Shown here piece after piece: positions 35,513 through 44,766 of a stretch of DNA of 53,496 nt. Below the pieces are notes generated by a model. The model saw only the letters and a list, made by a program, of their open reading frames with translations, had not been told where the DNA came from and ran no database searches. The first letter of the stretch is position 1. Each line of letters begins with the position of its first letter. The translations under genes and the position numbers were made by a program. This DNA comes from Planctomycetota bacterium (GTDB lineage Bacteria > Planctomycetota > UBA1135 > UBA2386), in contig JBEELK010000166.1 of the NCBI GenBank assembly GCA_041168165.1, positions 1-53,496 of the forward strand. The letters are read 5' to 3'.

Positions 35513-36795
35513 TCGGGGCGAAGAGCATCGCCGTTCTGCGGCAGTCGGACCAGAGCCAACAGGCAGAGTCCGAGGACCAGCGGACCCGCCTGCGACAGCA
35601 TCGCGGGCTTGCTGCCGTATGCGTCCGCGACGCTTGCGTAGACCGTGCTGCCGATGACCGACAGCTTGACCGTGATGCCGTAAAGACCGAAGTGCTCGCC
35701 GATGCGATCCGGCGGCGACAGCAGGACCACGACTTTGCGGCCGGCGGTCCAGATGCCAGAGAGTCCCAGCGCGCCGAGCACTCCGAGCGAGAGCATGTAG
35801 CCAATCGGAGATGAGCCGCCAAACCACGCGCCGCCGCAGAGCGCCAACAGCAGCGCCACCGCCGAGACTCGCATGACGAGCAGTGGGCGTCGGTCCGTGA
35901 ACGCTCCAAGGCCGATCCCGAACAGCAGCGCGCAGCCGTTGAGGCAAAGCCCACAGATCGCGATGTACTCCTGCAGGCCGGATTCGCCGTCGTAGCGCAA
36001 TTCGAACATCGAGAAGCCGCCAGCCTGCGCAGCGCCCAGGAACACGTTCTTGGTGAAGGACGCGAAGAACATCACCGCGGTGTTCAGCACGTCGACGAGG
36101 CAGAAGTTGGCGAGCAAGAAAAAGAACATCGGCCTGTGCTTGGGCAGGTCGCGCAGCGTGGTGCGCAGGCTCTGCATCGCGTCGCCGATCGCGCTCGCGC
36201 CGATTGCGGTGGGCAGAGGTCGCCGGTCGCGCACGAAGGCCATGCACGGCAACGCGAACACGAAGAACATCGCGGCGGCCAACTGGAACTGCTGCGGACC
36301 TTGCTCCATCGGAAGCAGCGTGACGAGCACGAGGATCGTGCCGAGGTAGCCGATGCCGACGCCGATGCCGCTCCAGAAGCCTGCGCGTTGCGGCGGCGCA
36401 ACGGAAGTCAGGAGCGAGTTGTAGAACAGCAGGCCGAGGTTGTAGGCAATGTTGGCGACGAAGAAGCAGGCGAGGATCGCCGGTTCTTGATCGAACGTGC
36501 CGAGTCCAGCCATGGCGCCGATGCACACGAGCGTCGCGAGCGACAGGTAGAGCCCCGTTCGCGCTGTGCGGTCGACGATCGCGCCACAGATCGGGACGAG
36601 CAGCGCGGCCAAGGTCAGTGACGCGGTTTGCGTCATGCCGAGGCTCGTCAATGCGCCAAACCGCGACTCGAAGAAGGGCGTGAACAAGAATGTGACCGTC
36701 GCGGCGTACACCGTGTTCGCGAGGTCGTAGAGGGCCCAGGCGATGGCGTGCCATCGGCTCGGTCGCGCGCGTTCTTCGGCTTGCAGACGTTCCAT
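35509..36795 (-). CDS. MFS transporter (UMF1/Atg22-like)
   Basis: A 12-TM-type hydrophobic profile with an N-terminal WALYDLANTVYAATVTFLFTPFF motif typical of the Atg22-like MFS family. ATG 36795 is preferred; ATG 36837 is possible. Confidence 0.78.
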   Translation of the reverse strand: MERLQAEERARPSRWHAIAWALYDLANTVYAATVTFLFTPFFESRFGALTSLGMTQTASLTLAALLVPICGAIVDRTARTGLYLSLATLVCIGAMAGLGTFDQEPAILACFFVANIAYNLGLLFYNSLLTSVAPPQRAGFWSGIGVGIGYLGTILVLVTLLPMEQGPQQFQLAAAMFFVFALPCMAFVRDRRPLPTAIGASAIGDAMQSLRTTLRDLPKHRPMFFFLLANFCLVDVLNTAVMFFASFTKNVFLGAAQAGGFSMFELRYDGESGLQEYIAICGLCLNGCALLFGIGLGAFTDRRPLLVMRVSAVALLLALCGGAWFGGSSPIGYMLSLGVLGALGLSGIWTAGRKVVVLLSPPDRIGEHFGLYGITVKLSVIGSTVYASVADAYGSKPAMLSQAGPLVLGLCLLALVRLPQNGDALRPE

Positions 36796-36863
36796 CGCGG
36801 CGCAACGTAGACGCAGAGCCGCAGCATTGGCCAGCATCGCCTTTGCCTTGCTATGGTGGGGCG

Positions 36864-38285
36864 ATGGCGCGCATCGATACGGCGACTCCAACGCGTAGGT
36901 CCTTCTTGCTGTCGTCGCTCGCGGCGCTGGGAGCCAGCGCGTGCTCGACCGCAGCAAGTCGCGGTCGCATCTTCGGCGCCAACGAGCGAGTGCGATTGGG
37001 CTTCGTCGGCCTCAACGGCCGAGGGTCGGAGTTGCTCGCGATGTTCCGTTCGTGCAAGCACGCGAGCATCGATGCGGTGTGCGACGTGGATTCCGCCGTG
37101 CTCGATCGCGTCGCGACAGCCTGTGGCAAGCTGGGTGAGGCTCCGCGCCGATTCGCGGATGCCGCGGCGATGATGGAGAGCGGCGCGGTCGACGCGGTCG
37201 TGATCGCGTCGCCAAACCACTGGCACACGTTGCACGGCGTGATGGCGATGGAGCGCGGCCTCGACGTCTATGTCGAGAAGCCCGTGAGCCACGACGTGTG
37301 GGAAGGCGCGCAACTCGTCGCCGCGGCCCAGCGTCACCGCCGCGTCGCCGCATGCGGAACGCAGTGCCGCAGCCACCGCGGAGTTCAGGATGCAATCGCC
37401 TTCGCGCAGAGCGGCCAACTCGGCGCGATCCGGCTCGCGCGCGGCCTGTGCTACAAGCGTCGCAAGAGCATTGGCAAGGCGAATGGCGCGCAGCGCCCGC
37501 CTGCTTCCGTCGACTACGACCGGTGGCTCGGGCCCGCGCCGATGCAGGACGTTCGTCGATTGCAGTTCCACTACGACTGGCACTGGCAGCGCGACTTTGG
37601 CAACGGCGATCTCGGCAACCAAGGCGTGCACCAGATGGACCTCTGCCGCATGGCCGTCGGGCTCGACGCGCTGCCCAACCGCGTGATGTCGATCGGCGGC
37701 AGGCTCGGCTACGACGACGACGGCGACACGCCGAACACGCAGCTGGTCCTGTGCGAGAGCGATCGCGCCCCGATCCTGTTCGAGGTGCGCGGGTTGCCGT
37801 CGCGTTCTGGCTCTGAGGAAATGGACGCGTTCTTGGGCGCGCGCATCGGACTCGTGCTGCATTGCGAACGTGGGGACGTGGTGATCACGAGCTACTACGG
37901 CGGCTACGCGCAGGACGAAGGCAAGCAGCGCATTGCCGCGTTCGAAGGCCGCGGCGACCACTGCGCCAACTTCATCGAAGCGGTTCGGCATGCGGATTCC
38001 GCGATGCTCGCGGCCGACGTGCGGCAGGGTCATCTCAGCGCCGCGCTGTGCCACCTCGGCGAGGCGTCGCTGCGCGCGGGCAAGGCGCATTCGCTCGCTT
38101 CGAGCGAGCCGATGCTCGCGCTCGAGTGGGAACGAATGGCTGCGCACTTGCGCGACAATGGCGTGCCGTCGGATGCGGCGGTGCAGGTTGGCGCTGCGCT
38201 GCTGCCAACCGCGGACGCGAGCCGCCATCCGCGACGCGACTATCGCGCGGGCTATGAACTGCTGGATGGGGGCGTTACGCGATGA
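36864..38285 (+). CDS. Gfo/Idh/MocA family oxidoreductase with twin-arginine signal
   Basis: A TAT leader (TRRSFLLSSLAALGASA) and a Rossmann fold (VRLGFVGLNGRGSEL...IASPNHWH). The stop overlaps the next gene's start (ATGA). Confidence 0.85.
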   Translation: MARIDTATPTRRSFLLSSLAALGASACSTAASRGRIFGANERVRLGFVGLNGRGSELLAMFRSCKHASIDAVCDVDSAVLDRVATACGKLGEAPRRFADAAAMMESGAVDAVVIASPNHWHTLHGVMAMERGLDVYVEKPVSHDVWEGAQLVAAAQRHRRVAACGTQCRSHRGVQDAIAFAQSGQLGAIRLARGLCYKRRKSIGKANGAQRPPASVDYDRWLGPAPMQDVRRLQFHYDWHWQRDFGNGDLGNQGVHQMDLCRMAVGLDALPNRVMSIGGRLGYDDDGDTPNTQLVLCESDRAPILFEVRGLPSRSGSEEMDAFLGARIGLVLHCERGDVVITSYYGGYAQDEGKQRIAAFEGRGDHCANFIEAVRHADSAMLAADVRQGHLSAALCHLGEASLRAGKAHSLASSEPMLALEWERMAAHLRDNGVPSDAAVQVGAALLPTADASRHPRRDYRAGYELLDGGVTR

Positions 38286-40822
38286 CGCTGCTTCGGGTTC
38301 TTCTGTTGCTCGTGGCTCCGTTGCTCGCCGCGTCGATGCGCGCGCAGCAAGGAGACCGCGCCGCAGAAGACCGCGCCGTGCTGCCCGCAGGCACGCCAGT
38401 GCCGGATGCGCGCGTGCTGTCGATCGATGAGTCGACCGCTGCGTTGCGTCTGCAGGCTGGGTTCGAGGTGCAACTCGTGGCGAGCGAACCGCTGATCGAA
38501 GACCCGGTGCAGGCCGTGTTCGACGCAGCGGGTCGCATGTGGGTCGTCGAGATGCGCTCCTACATGCGCGATGTCGATGGCACGGACGAACTGCGCGCCG
38601 ACGGTCGCATTCGCGTGTTGTTAGATCGCGATGGCGACGGACGCATGGATGAAGCGAAGACGTTCCTCGATGGCCTCGTGTTGCCGCGCAGCGTGCTGCC
38701 GTTGCAAGGCGGCGCGCTCGTGATCGCGCCGCCGCAGATTCTCTGGGTCGAGGATCGCGATGGCGATCTCGTCGCGGATCGATCGATCCCGGTCTGCGAT
38801 GGGCTCGACAGCGGGCTCGCCAATCCGGAGCACAGCGGCAACGGGTTGTTGTGGAGCTTCGACAATCGCATTCACCTCGCGGATGACGCGCGCGTTCTTG
38901 CGTGGCGACGCAGCGAGGCAGGCGTCACGTTCGACGTCGAGCGCACTGCGCTTGCTGGGCAATGGGGCATCGCGCACGACGACCGCGGGCGGCTCTACTT
39001 CAACTACAACGAGGATTGGCTGCGCTGCGATCTCGTGCCGCGCCGCTATGCCGCGCGCAAGGATCCCGTGCGCATGGGCCAGGGCATGAACTTCAAGCTC
39101 GCGCCCGATCCTCGCGTGTTTCCGGCTCATCCGACGCCTGGCGTCAATCGAGGCGGCCGCGAGGGCATGCTGCGCGACGGTTGGCTGCAGCGGCACACCG
39201 CAGTCTGCGCGCCGTTAGTCTACCGCGGCGATGCGCTGCTCGGGTGCGATGGCGACGTGTTTGTGTGCGAGCCCGCGGGCAATCTCGTGCGTCGATTCCG
39301 GTTGCGCGATGTCGACGGCGAGATGCATGCCGTCAACTGCTACGACGGCGCGGAGTTCTTGGCCGCCGCGGACGAACGCTTCCGGCCGGTCAACCTGACG
39401 CAAGGTCCCGATGGCGCGCTGTATGTCGTCGACATGCGACGCGGCGTGATCCAGCACAAGAACTTCGTCACGACGTTCCTGCGGCAACAGATCCAAGAGC
39501 GCAAGCTAGAGCAGCCGATCGGCAAGGGCCGCATCTGGCGCATCGCATCGAAGGGCGCGAGCGCGCGCGTCGATGCGCCGCTCGAGGCTGCGACCACGAC
39601 GCATCTCGTCGCCGCGTTGTCGGAGCGCGACGGCGCGCGTCGCGACCTCGCGCAACAGTTGCTGGTGCAGCGGCAAGATCGATCCGCGATCGATGCGCTG
39701 CGCGCGTTGGTGCGCCAACGGCAGGCGCCGTCGGCCCTGCACGCGATCGGCGTGCTCGATGGATTGTCGGCGCTCACTTCGGATGACCTTCGCATCGCGC
39801 TGCATGCAGACGACGCAGGCTTGCTCGCGTTCGCTCTGCGCTACTGCGCGTCTCCGATGTCGGATGGCGATCGCGTGCTCTTTGCCCACGGCGAGCGCAT
39901 GGCAGCAAGCGCGCCGCGTTCGGTGCGTTGGCAGTTGGCGCTGACGTTGGGCGACGTCGCGGGCAAGGGACAAGAACGCGCGGAGATCCTGCTCGCCGAG
40001 CTCGCGGCCTCCGCGGGCGGCGATGCGATGCTGGTCGCGCAAGTCGCCGCGAGCGCGCGCGGTCGCGAGCCAGACATCCTGCGGCGCGTCTTCAAGACGG
40101 CGCGCGCTGGCGCGGCAAAGGGCGTCTTCGCGTTGTCGCGGCAGGTAGCAGCCTCGCAGGACGTGGTCGCGCAGCAGTCTCTTCTCGACGTGGTGGCCGC
40201 AGCGATGTCCCCGGAACTGCAGCGTGAAGCGCTTGCTGGCTTCTGCGCGGACATCCCCGCGGATCCGGAGAAGGCTCGCGGACGATTTGTCTTCGCAGCG
40301 ACTCCGCCGGCGCTTGCGGCGATGCAGCGCACCGGGCGCAAGGAGATCGTGCCGCTGGTGCAACGCATTCTCGCCAGCGTCGAGATCCGCGCCGTTGCGC
40401 CCGCAGTTGCGTTGTCGCTGGACGAGGATTTGAGCGATGCCGAACGCGCGCGCGTCGCCGCGGGATCGCGCGTCTACGGGGCTTACTGTGCCGCGTGCCA
40501 TCAGTCGGATGGGCAAGGCCTAGCGGGCCTAGCGCCACCGCTCGCGGGCTCGGAGTGGGTTTCTGGCGATGGCGAGATGCTGGTCAAGATCGCGTTGCAC
40601 GGCCTGCGCGGTCCGTTGCGGGCCGCCGGCGTCGCGTTCGAGGGCGAGATGACTCCGCAGTCGCACCTCAGCGATCCCGACCTCGCCGCTGCGTTGAGCT
40701 ACGTGCGCAGGAAGTTCGCTCCGCGTGCTTCCTGCATCTCCGTGGAGGATGTCGCGCGGCTGCGCAAGCAACACGAGGGACGGACCGTTCCGTGGCCCGC
40801 GGCCGAGTTGCAGCCTCGATGA
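38282..40822 (+). CDS. PVC-type membrane-bound-dehydrogenase-domain / HEAT-repeat / c-type heme-binding protein
   Basis: A signal peptide, then GFEVQLVASEPLIEDPVQAVFDAAGRMWVVEM (the dehydrogenase-domain hallmark). The central region has HEAT-like repeats. The C-terminal cytochrome c module has CAACH and downstream LHGLRGPL...M. Confidence 0.85.
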   Translation: MTLLRVLLLLVAPLLAASMRAQQGDRAAEDRAVLPAGTPVPDARVLSIDESTAALRLQAGFEVQLVASEPLIEDPVQAVFDAAGRMWVVEMRSYMRDVDGTDELRADGRIRVLLDRDGDGRMDEAKTFLDGLVLPRSVLPLQGGALVIAPPQILWVEDRDGDLVADRSIPVCDGLDSGLANPEHSGNGLLWSFDNRIHLADDARVLAWRRSEAGVTFDVERTALAGQWGIAHDDRGRLYFNYNEDWLRCDLVPRRYAARKDPVRMGQGMNFKLAPDPRVFPAHPTPGVNRGGREGMLRDGWLQRHTAVCAPLVYRGDALLGCDGDVFVCEPAGNLVRRFRLRDVDGEMHAVNCYDGAEFLAAADERFRPVNLTQGPDGALYVVDMRRGVIQHKNFVTTFLRQQIQERKLEQPIGKGRIWRIASKGASARVDAPLEAATTTHLVAALSERDGARRDLAQQLLVQRQDRSAIDALRALVRQRQAPSALHAIGVLDGLSALTSDDLRIALHADDAGLLAFALRYCASPMSDGDRVLFAHGERMAASAPRSVRWQLALTLGDVAGKGQERAEILLAELAASAGGDAMLVAQVAASARGREPDILRRVFKTARAGAAKGVFALSRQVAASQDVVAQQSLLDVVAAAMSPELQREALAGFCADIPADPEKARGRFVFAATPPALAAMQRTGRKEIVPLVQRILASVEIRAVAPAVALSLDEDLSDAERARVAAGSRVYGAYCAACHQSDGQGLAGLAPPLAGSEWVSGDGEMLVKIALHGLRGPLRAAGVAFEGEMTPQSHLSDPDLAAALSYVRRKFAPRASCISVEDVARLRKQHEGRTVPWPAAELQPR

Positions 40823-40889
40823 GCTGCGTCGGCGCCGCCGCCCGGGCGGGGCTGTGGACAGCCTTGCGCGTTGCTGCCATCGTGGCGCC

Positions 40890-41525
40890 GTGACCTCCTC
40901 TGTCGAACCCTCGCGCCTGCACGTCACGTGCTCCCTGATGTCGGGCACGCCTTCGGGCTGGGTCGCTGCCGCCATGGATTGCCTGCCTGCGTTGCTCGTG
41001 GAGCAAGCGCACTTGGAGAAGAAGGCTGCTGCTGCGGCGATGCGCTTTTTGTTCAGCACGAAGAAGGATGCGTGGATCCAACGCGCGCTGTCGTGCCTTG
41101 TGCGCGAGGAGTTGGTGCACTTCGAACGCACGCTGCGCCTGTTGGAGCAGCGCGGCATCGAGTTCTCGACCCAGCCGCCGAGTCGCTATGCCGACCGCCT
41201 GAAGTCGGTGGTCGCCTCGACGATGCCCGAACGGCTCGTGGACGAGTTGATCGTCTCGTCGCTGATCGAAGCTCGGTCGCACGAGCGCATGGAAGCGCTG
41301 GGCCACGGGCTCGTGGACCGCGATCCCGAGGCGAGCGCGTTCTACCTCGATCTCGTCGAGGCCGAAGGCCGGCATCGCACGGTCTACCTCGACATCGCGG
41401 CTGCGTGCTCGGATGCCGGCATGGTGTTGCAGCGCTTTGGCAGGATCGCGCAGAAGGAACGCGAAGCAATCGAGATGGCAGACGACGAGATTCGTCTGCA
41501 CTCCGGCCATGGCGGCTATGCCTGA
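40890..41525 (+). CDS. miaE: tRNA-(ms2io6A)-hydroxylase MiaE-like di-iron protein
   Basis: TPSGWVAAAMDCLPALLVEQAHLEKKAAAAAMRFL...LVREELVHFE...SSLIEARSHERM...LVEAEGRH shows the ferritin-like ExxH/EAR pattern of the MiaE family. GTG 40890 is preferred; ATG 40938 would truncate a conserved N-terminal segment. Confidence 0.78.
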   Translation: MTSSVEPSRLHVTCSLMSGTPSGWVAAAMDCLPALLVEQAHLEKKAAAAAMRFLFSTKKDAWIQRALSCLVREELVHFERTLRLLEQRGIEFSTQPPSRYADRLKSVVASTMPERLVDELIVSSLIEARSHERMEALGHGLVDRDPEASAFYLDLVEAEGRHRTVYLDIAAACSDAGMVLQRFGRIAQKEREAIEMADDEIRLHSGHGGYA

Positions 41526-42363
41526 GGCCGAAGCAGGCGGAGTCGCCGCTCAAACGCGTTCGCGACCGGCGTTGCGCGCTGCACAGTTGGCATTGCTGTT
41601 CGCGTCGGTCGGTTGGGGCTCCGCGGTCGCATTCGGGATGCCGCCGTCCGCGCCGTTCGACGTCGCATGGAACCTCGGCGAGGTCGCCGTTGATCCCGCG
41701 TTGTGCGCATCGAGCAGCGATGGGCCAACCGTCGTCGTGTTGCAGCACGGTCTGTGGCGATCGCCGTGGGCGTTGTGGCGACTTGAGCGCGCGTTGCGCG
41801 CGCATGGCTACGAGACGCTCAACCTCGGATACCCGAGCACGAGCACGACGATCCAAGCTGCGGCGGAGTCGCTCGCGCGCGAGTTGGACGCGATGCGCGT
41901 TCGCTTGGGTAACGGCGCGCGCGTCGCGTTCGTCGGCCATTCGATGGGCGGGCTCGTCGCGCAAGAGACGATGCGCCGCAGGCCATTGCTCGATCCGTTC
42001 GCTTGCGTCTACATCGCGGTGCCGCATCGCGGCGCTGCGCTGTGCGACTTGCGCAAACGCTGGTGGATCTTCCCCTACCTGATGGGCCGCGGCGCTGCGA
42101 TGCAACTGAGCCCCGGCGACGCGATCCACGCGCAGCCGATTCTGCATCAGGGTCGCAGCGGCGTGATCGTTGGACACATCGAGCCGGGCAACCGCTCGTT
42201 AGTCGGCGGCCCCAACGATGGCACGGTCACGGCAGCGGAAGCGACGCTCGAAGGCGCTGCGGATCGCGTGATGCTGCCGCTAGGGCACACCAAGATCGCC
42301 TCGTCGGACGAGACGATCCGTTGCGTGCTCGCGTTCTTGAAGAACGGCCGCTTCCCGGATTAG
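41509..42363 (+). CDS. alpha/beta hydrolase (lipase/esterase-like), N-terminal hydrophobic segment
   Basis: VVVLQHGLWRSP...VAFVGHSMGGLVAQ is a GxSxG nucleophile elbow. ATG 41509 overlaps the miaE end by 17 nt. The stop TAG 42361-42363 overlaps the convergent protease's stop. Confidence 0.7.
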   Translation: MAAMPEAEAGGVAAQTRSRPALRAAQLALLFASVGWGSAVAFGMPPSAPFDVAWNLGEVAVDPALCASSSDGPTVVVLQHGLWRSPWALWRLERALRAHGYETLNLGYPSTSTTIQAAAESLARELDAMRVRLGNGARVAFVGHSMGGLVAQETMRRRPLLDPFACVYIAVPHRGAALCDLRKRWWIFPYLMGRGAAMQLSPGDAIHAQPILHQGRSGVIVGHIEPGNRSLVGGPNDGTVTAAEATLEGAADRVMLPLGHTKIASSDETIRCVLAFLKNGRFPD

Positions 42364-44651
42364 CCGATCGTCACGACGACGGTGTCCGTCACCGTCAACT
42401 GCGGCGAGGCGCAGCCGCCCGTGCCGCCGAGGTCGAGTCCTTGCAGGCCGAACTGCAGGCCGATGAAGAACGGATCGCACGGGATCGTCAGGTTGACGGC
42501 GCCGCCGAAGAACGATCCTTCCCAGTTATGTCCGATCGTGCAGCCACAGAACGGCGTGGTCGTCAGGTTGAAGCCGTAGCCGACGAACGGCAGGCCCGTG
42601 GCGCCGGTCACGGAGCAGTTCAGCGTGCCGAAGATGTTCGGGCTGCCGGACACCGTGAGGTTGGCGGGGCCGCAGCGCGTGGCGGTCGTCGCCATCGAGC
42701 CTGCGCCCGTGCCGCACTGGGCGACGATCTGGAAGTTGCCGACCGCGTTGTTGAAGCCGCCGACGCGCAGGTAGTAGGTCTGGCCCGACACGAGGTTGGC
42801 CGTCACTTGGCTACCGAACCCGCAGCTGTCGTCGCTGCAGCCGAGCAACGTCAACACCGCGCACGTGCCGCTGTAGACCGACATCACCGTGTCGATCGTG
42901 CGCGCCGCCGTGCAGGTCGAGAACGTCGTCGGCGCCGTGCAGTTCGCCGTGAACGTGAGCCACAGATCGTTGCCGCCGGTGGCGCAGGTCCACGCGGGCG
43001 CGGCCGAGGTCGTAGCGCCAGTGTTGCTGAACACAGCCGACGTGCCGAGCGTGATCGCCGTCGCGGTCGCGCATTCATCGCGAGCCACGGCGGGCGCCGT
43101 GACTTGCACGTCGAACGCTCCAACCGCTGCGCTGAAGCCGCCGACGTGGAGCAGGTAGCTCTGGCCCGCGGTCAACGTGGCGGTGATCGTCGAGCCGGTG
43201 CTGCACGTGTCGTCGTTGCACGCAATTGAGGTCAGCGAGCCGCACGCGCCCGAGAACAGTTCGAGAACCGTGTCGAAGTTGGTGGTGGCCGAGCAGGTAG
43301 CGAACGTGTGCGCGCCCGTGGCCAGCGCGTTGTAGCGGAACCACACGTCGTTGCTGGCGGACGCGACGCACGCGAAGGTCGACCCAGGCGTGGCGCCAAC
43401 GGTGGTGTAGGCGGCCGAGGTGCCCGCGGTCAGCACGATCGCGTTGGCGCAGTTGTCGTTGGCGGGAGCGACTGGGCCCGTGCCGCTGGCGAGCGAGGCG
43501 ATCGCCGCCTGCAACGCTGCGTTCGTGACTGCCGTTGCCGAGTTGCTGCCGCCGGTCGACGTGCAGCCGGCGTTGGTGTGGATCGCGATCGCGACGCCCG
43601 TGGAGTTGATCGCGATGACGGATCCCGAGTTACCGCCGCAGGTGTCGACCTGATGGTTGACTCGCGATCCGCTCACTGAGGTCAGCGGTCCTGTGTGCGT
43701 TTGCTGCGTCTGGTTGCGTGCGCCGTTGCCGCTCGTGCACGAGCAGCTGCTCGCCGTCGCGCCGTCATTCACAGGCGTGCCATCGACGCCGTAGCCCCAG
43801 TTGACCAGCGTCGTGTTGGCCGCGGGCATCGAGGTCGCAAGGTTGAACGCTTGGCCCATCGCCTGGAATGTCGTCAGCCCCGTGTTCGAGTTGGGGAAGC
43901 AGCGGAAGACCCAATAGTCGTTGCCGATGCCCGTGTTGGCCGACAGCGAGCCCGCGCTGTCGACCGCGAACTGGAAGTTTGCGGACGGCATCGCGAGCGA
44001 GCAGGTCGTGCTCGATGCGGGCACGTTGAACTGCATGACTTGTCCTGTCCCGAAGCAGTGGCCCGCGGAAAGGTGGAGACGCTCGTTGCTGTTGGTCGCG
44101 ACCGGCGTGTTGATGATCCAGCCCGAGCAACCGATGCCGACGATGCGGCCCGCGCGCGGATCGCTGGAGGGCACGCGGTTGTCGGTGGTGAAGCAGATCG
44201 TCTCTTGTGGCGGCACGTCCGCGGCTTCGTCGCCGACCATGATGCTGCCGACGTTCACAAGGTTCTTCGCTGTGTTCGGGCCTGCCACCAGTTCGACGAG
44301 GACCGAGTTGCCGTTGAAGTAGGCGGTCGAGTTCTCCCACTGCGCGAGGCTCTTGCGATCGAGCCGCTGCACGTCGCCGTCGCGCAAGGATGCGATGCGG
44401 AGGTAGCTGCCTTCGCCGAGTTCGACGTCTTGGAAGTAGACGCGGATCCACGGCGCGGTCCGTGGCGCCATGACGAGCCCTTGCCAGACGACGCCTTCGA
44501 CGGGCGTCGGATTGGCGTGCGAGCCGCTCGCGATCGCGATGGGCTCCAGGCGACCTTGCAGCGGCGCGCTCTGCGCGAATGCGGCGCAGGCAAGGATCGC
44601 CACTGCGGTAGCGCGCATGGCGAGGGATGAGAGGGAGATGCGTGTGCGCAT
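42360..44651 (-). CDS. secreted S1B (V8/glutamyl-endopeptidase-like) serine protease with two Cys-rich beta-sandwich-type repeats and an unassigned C-terminal domain
   Basis: A signal peptide (MRTRISLSSLAMRATAVAILACAAFAQ), a catalytic His in LSAGHC and a catalytic Ser in TCGGNSGSV. Two ~125-aa repeats follow (NDNC...CNDDTC...; RDEC...CSDDSC...), then a 117-aa Cys-containing tail. ATG 44651 is preferred; ATG 44618 is possible. Confidence 0.8.
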   Translation of the reverse strand: MRTRISLSSLAMRATAVAILACAAFAQSAPLQGRLEPIAIASGSHANPTPVEGVVWQGLVMAPRTAPWIRVYFQDVELGEGSYLRIASLRDGDVQRLDRKSLAQWENSTAYFNGNSVLVELVAGPNTAKNLVNVGSIMVGDEAADVPPQETICFTTDNRVPSSDPRAGRIVGIGCSGWIINTPVATNSNERLHLSAGHCFGTGQVMQFNVPASSTTCSLAMPSANFQFAVDSAGSLSANTGIGNDYWVFRCFPNSNTGLTTFQAMGQAFNLATSMPAANTTLVNWGYGVDGTPVNDGATASSCSCTSGNGARNQTQQTHTGPLTSVSGSRVNHQVDTCGGNSGSVIAINSTGVAIAIHTNAGCTSTGGSNSATAVTNAALQAAIASLASGTGPVAPANDNCANAIVLTAGTSAAYTTVGATPGSTFACVASASNDVWFRYNALATGAHTFATCSATTNFDTVLELFSGACGSLTSIACNDDTCSTGSTITATLTAGQSYLLHVGGFSAAVGAFDVQVTAPAVARDECATATAITLGTSAVFSNTGATTSAAPAWTCATGGNDLWLTFTANCTAPTTFSTCTAARTIDTVMSVYSGTCAVLTLLGCSDDSCGFGSQVTANLVSGQTYYLRVGGFNNAVGNFQIVAQCGTGAGSMATTATRCGPANLTVSGSPNIFGTLNCSVTGATGLPFVGYGFNLTTTPFCGCTIGHNWEGSFFGGAVNLTIPCDPFFIGLQFGLQGLDLGGTGGCASPQLTVTDTVVVTIG

Positions 44652-44766
44652 GGTGGGAACTCGGAGTTTGGGCCTCGCGATGGGAGATGCATCCGGGCCA
44701 GGGGTGAGGCGAAGGAAGGATTGAACCAAGAGGAGGCCCTGGAGGACAGGGCTGTCGATGCCGGCC

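Noticed and set aside
35513-36805. The upstream 431 codons of the 771-aa minus-strand ORF 34490..36805. If real, they would make a giant acyltransferase fusion.
   Set aside because: This stretch overlaps the MFS transporter gene in a different frame and is Arg/His/Pro-rich. The acyltransferase homology begins only at Met 35512, which forms an ATGA junction with the MFS stop.
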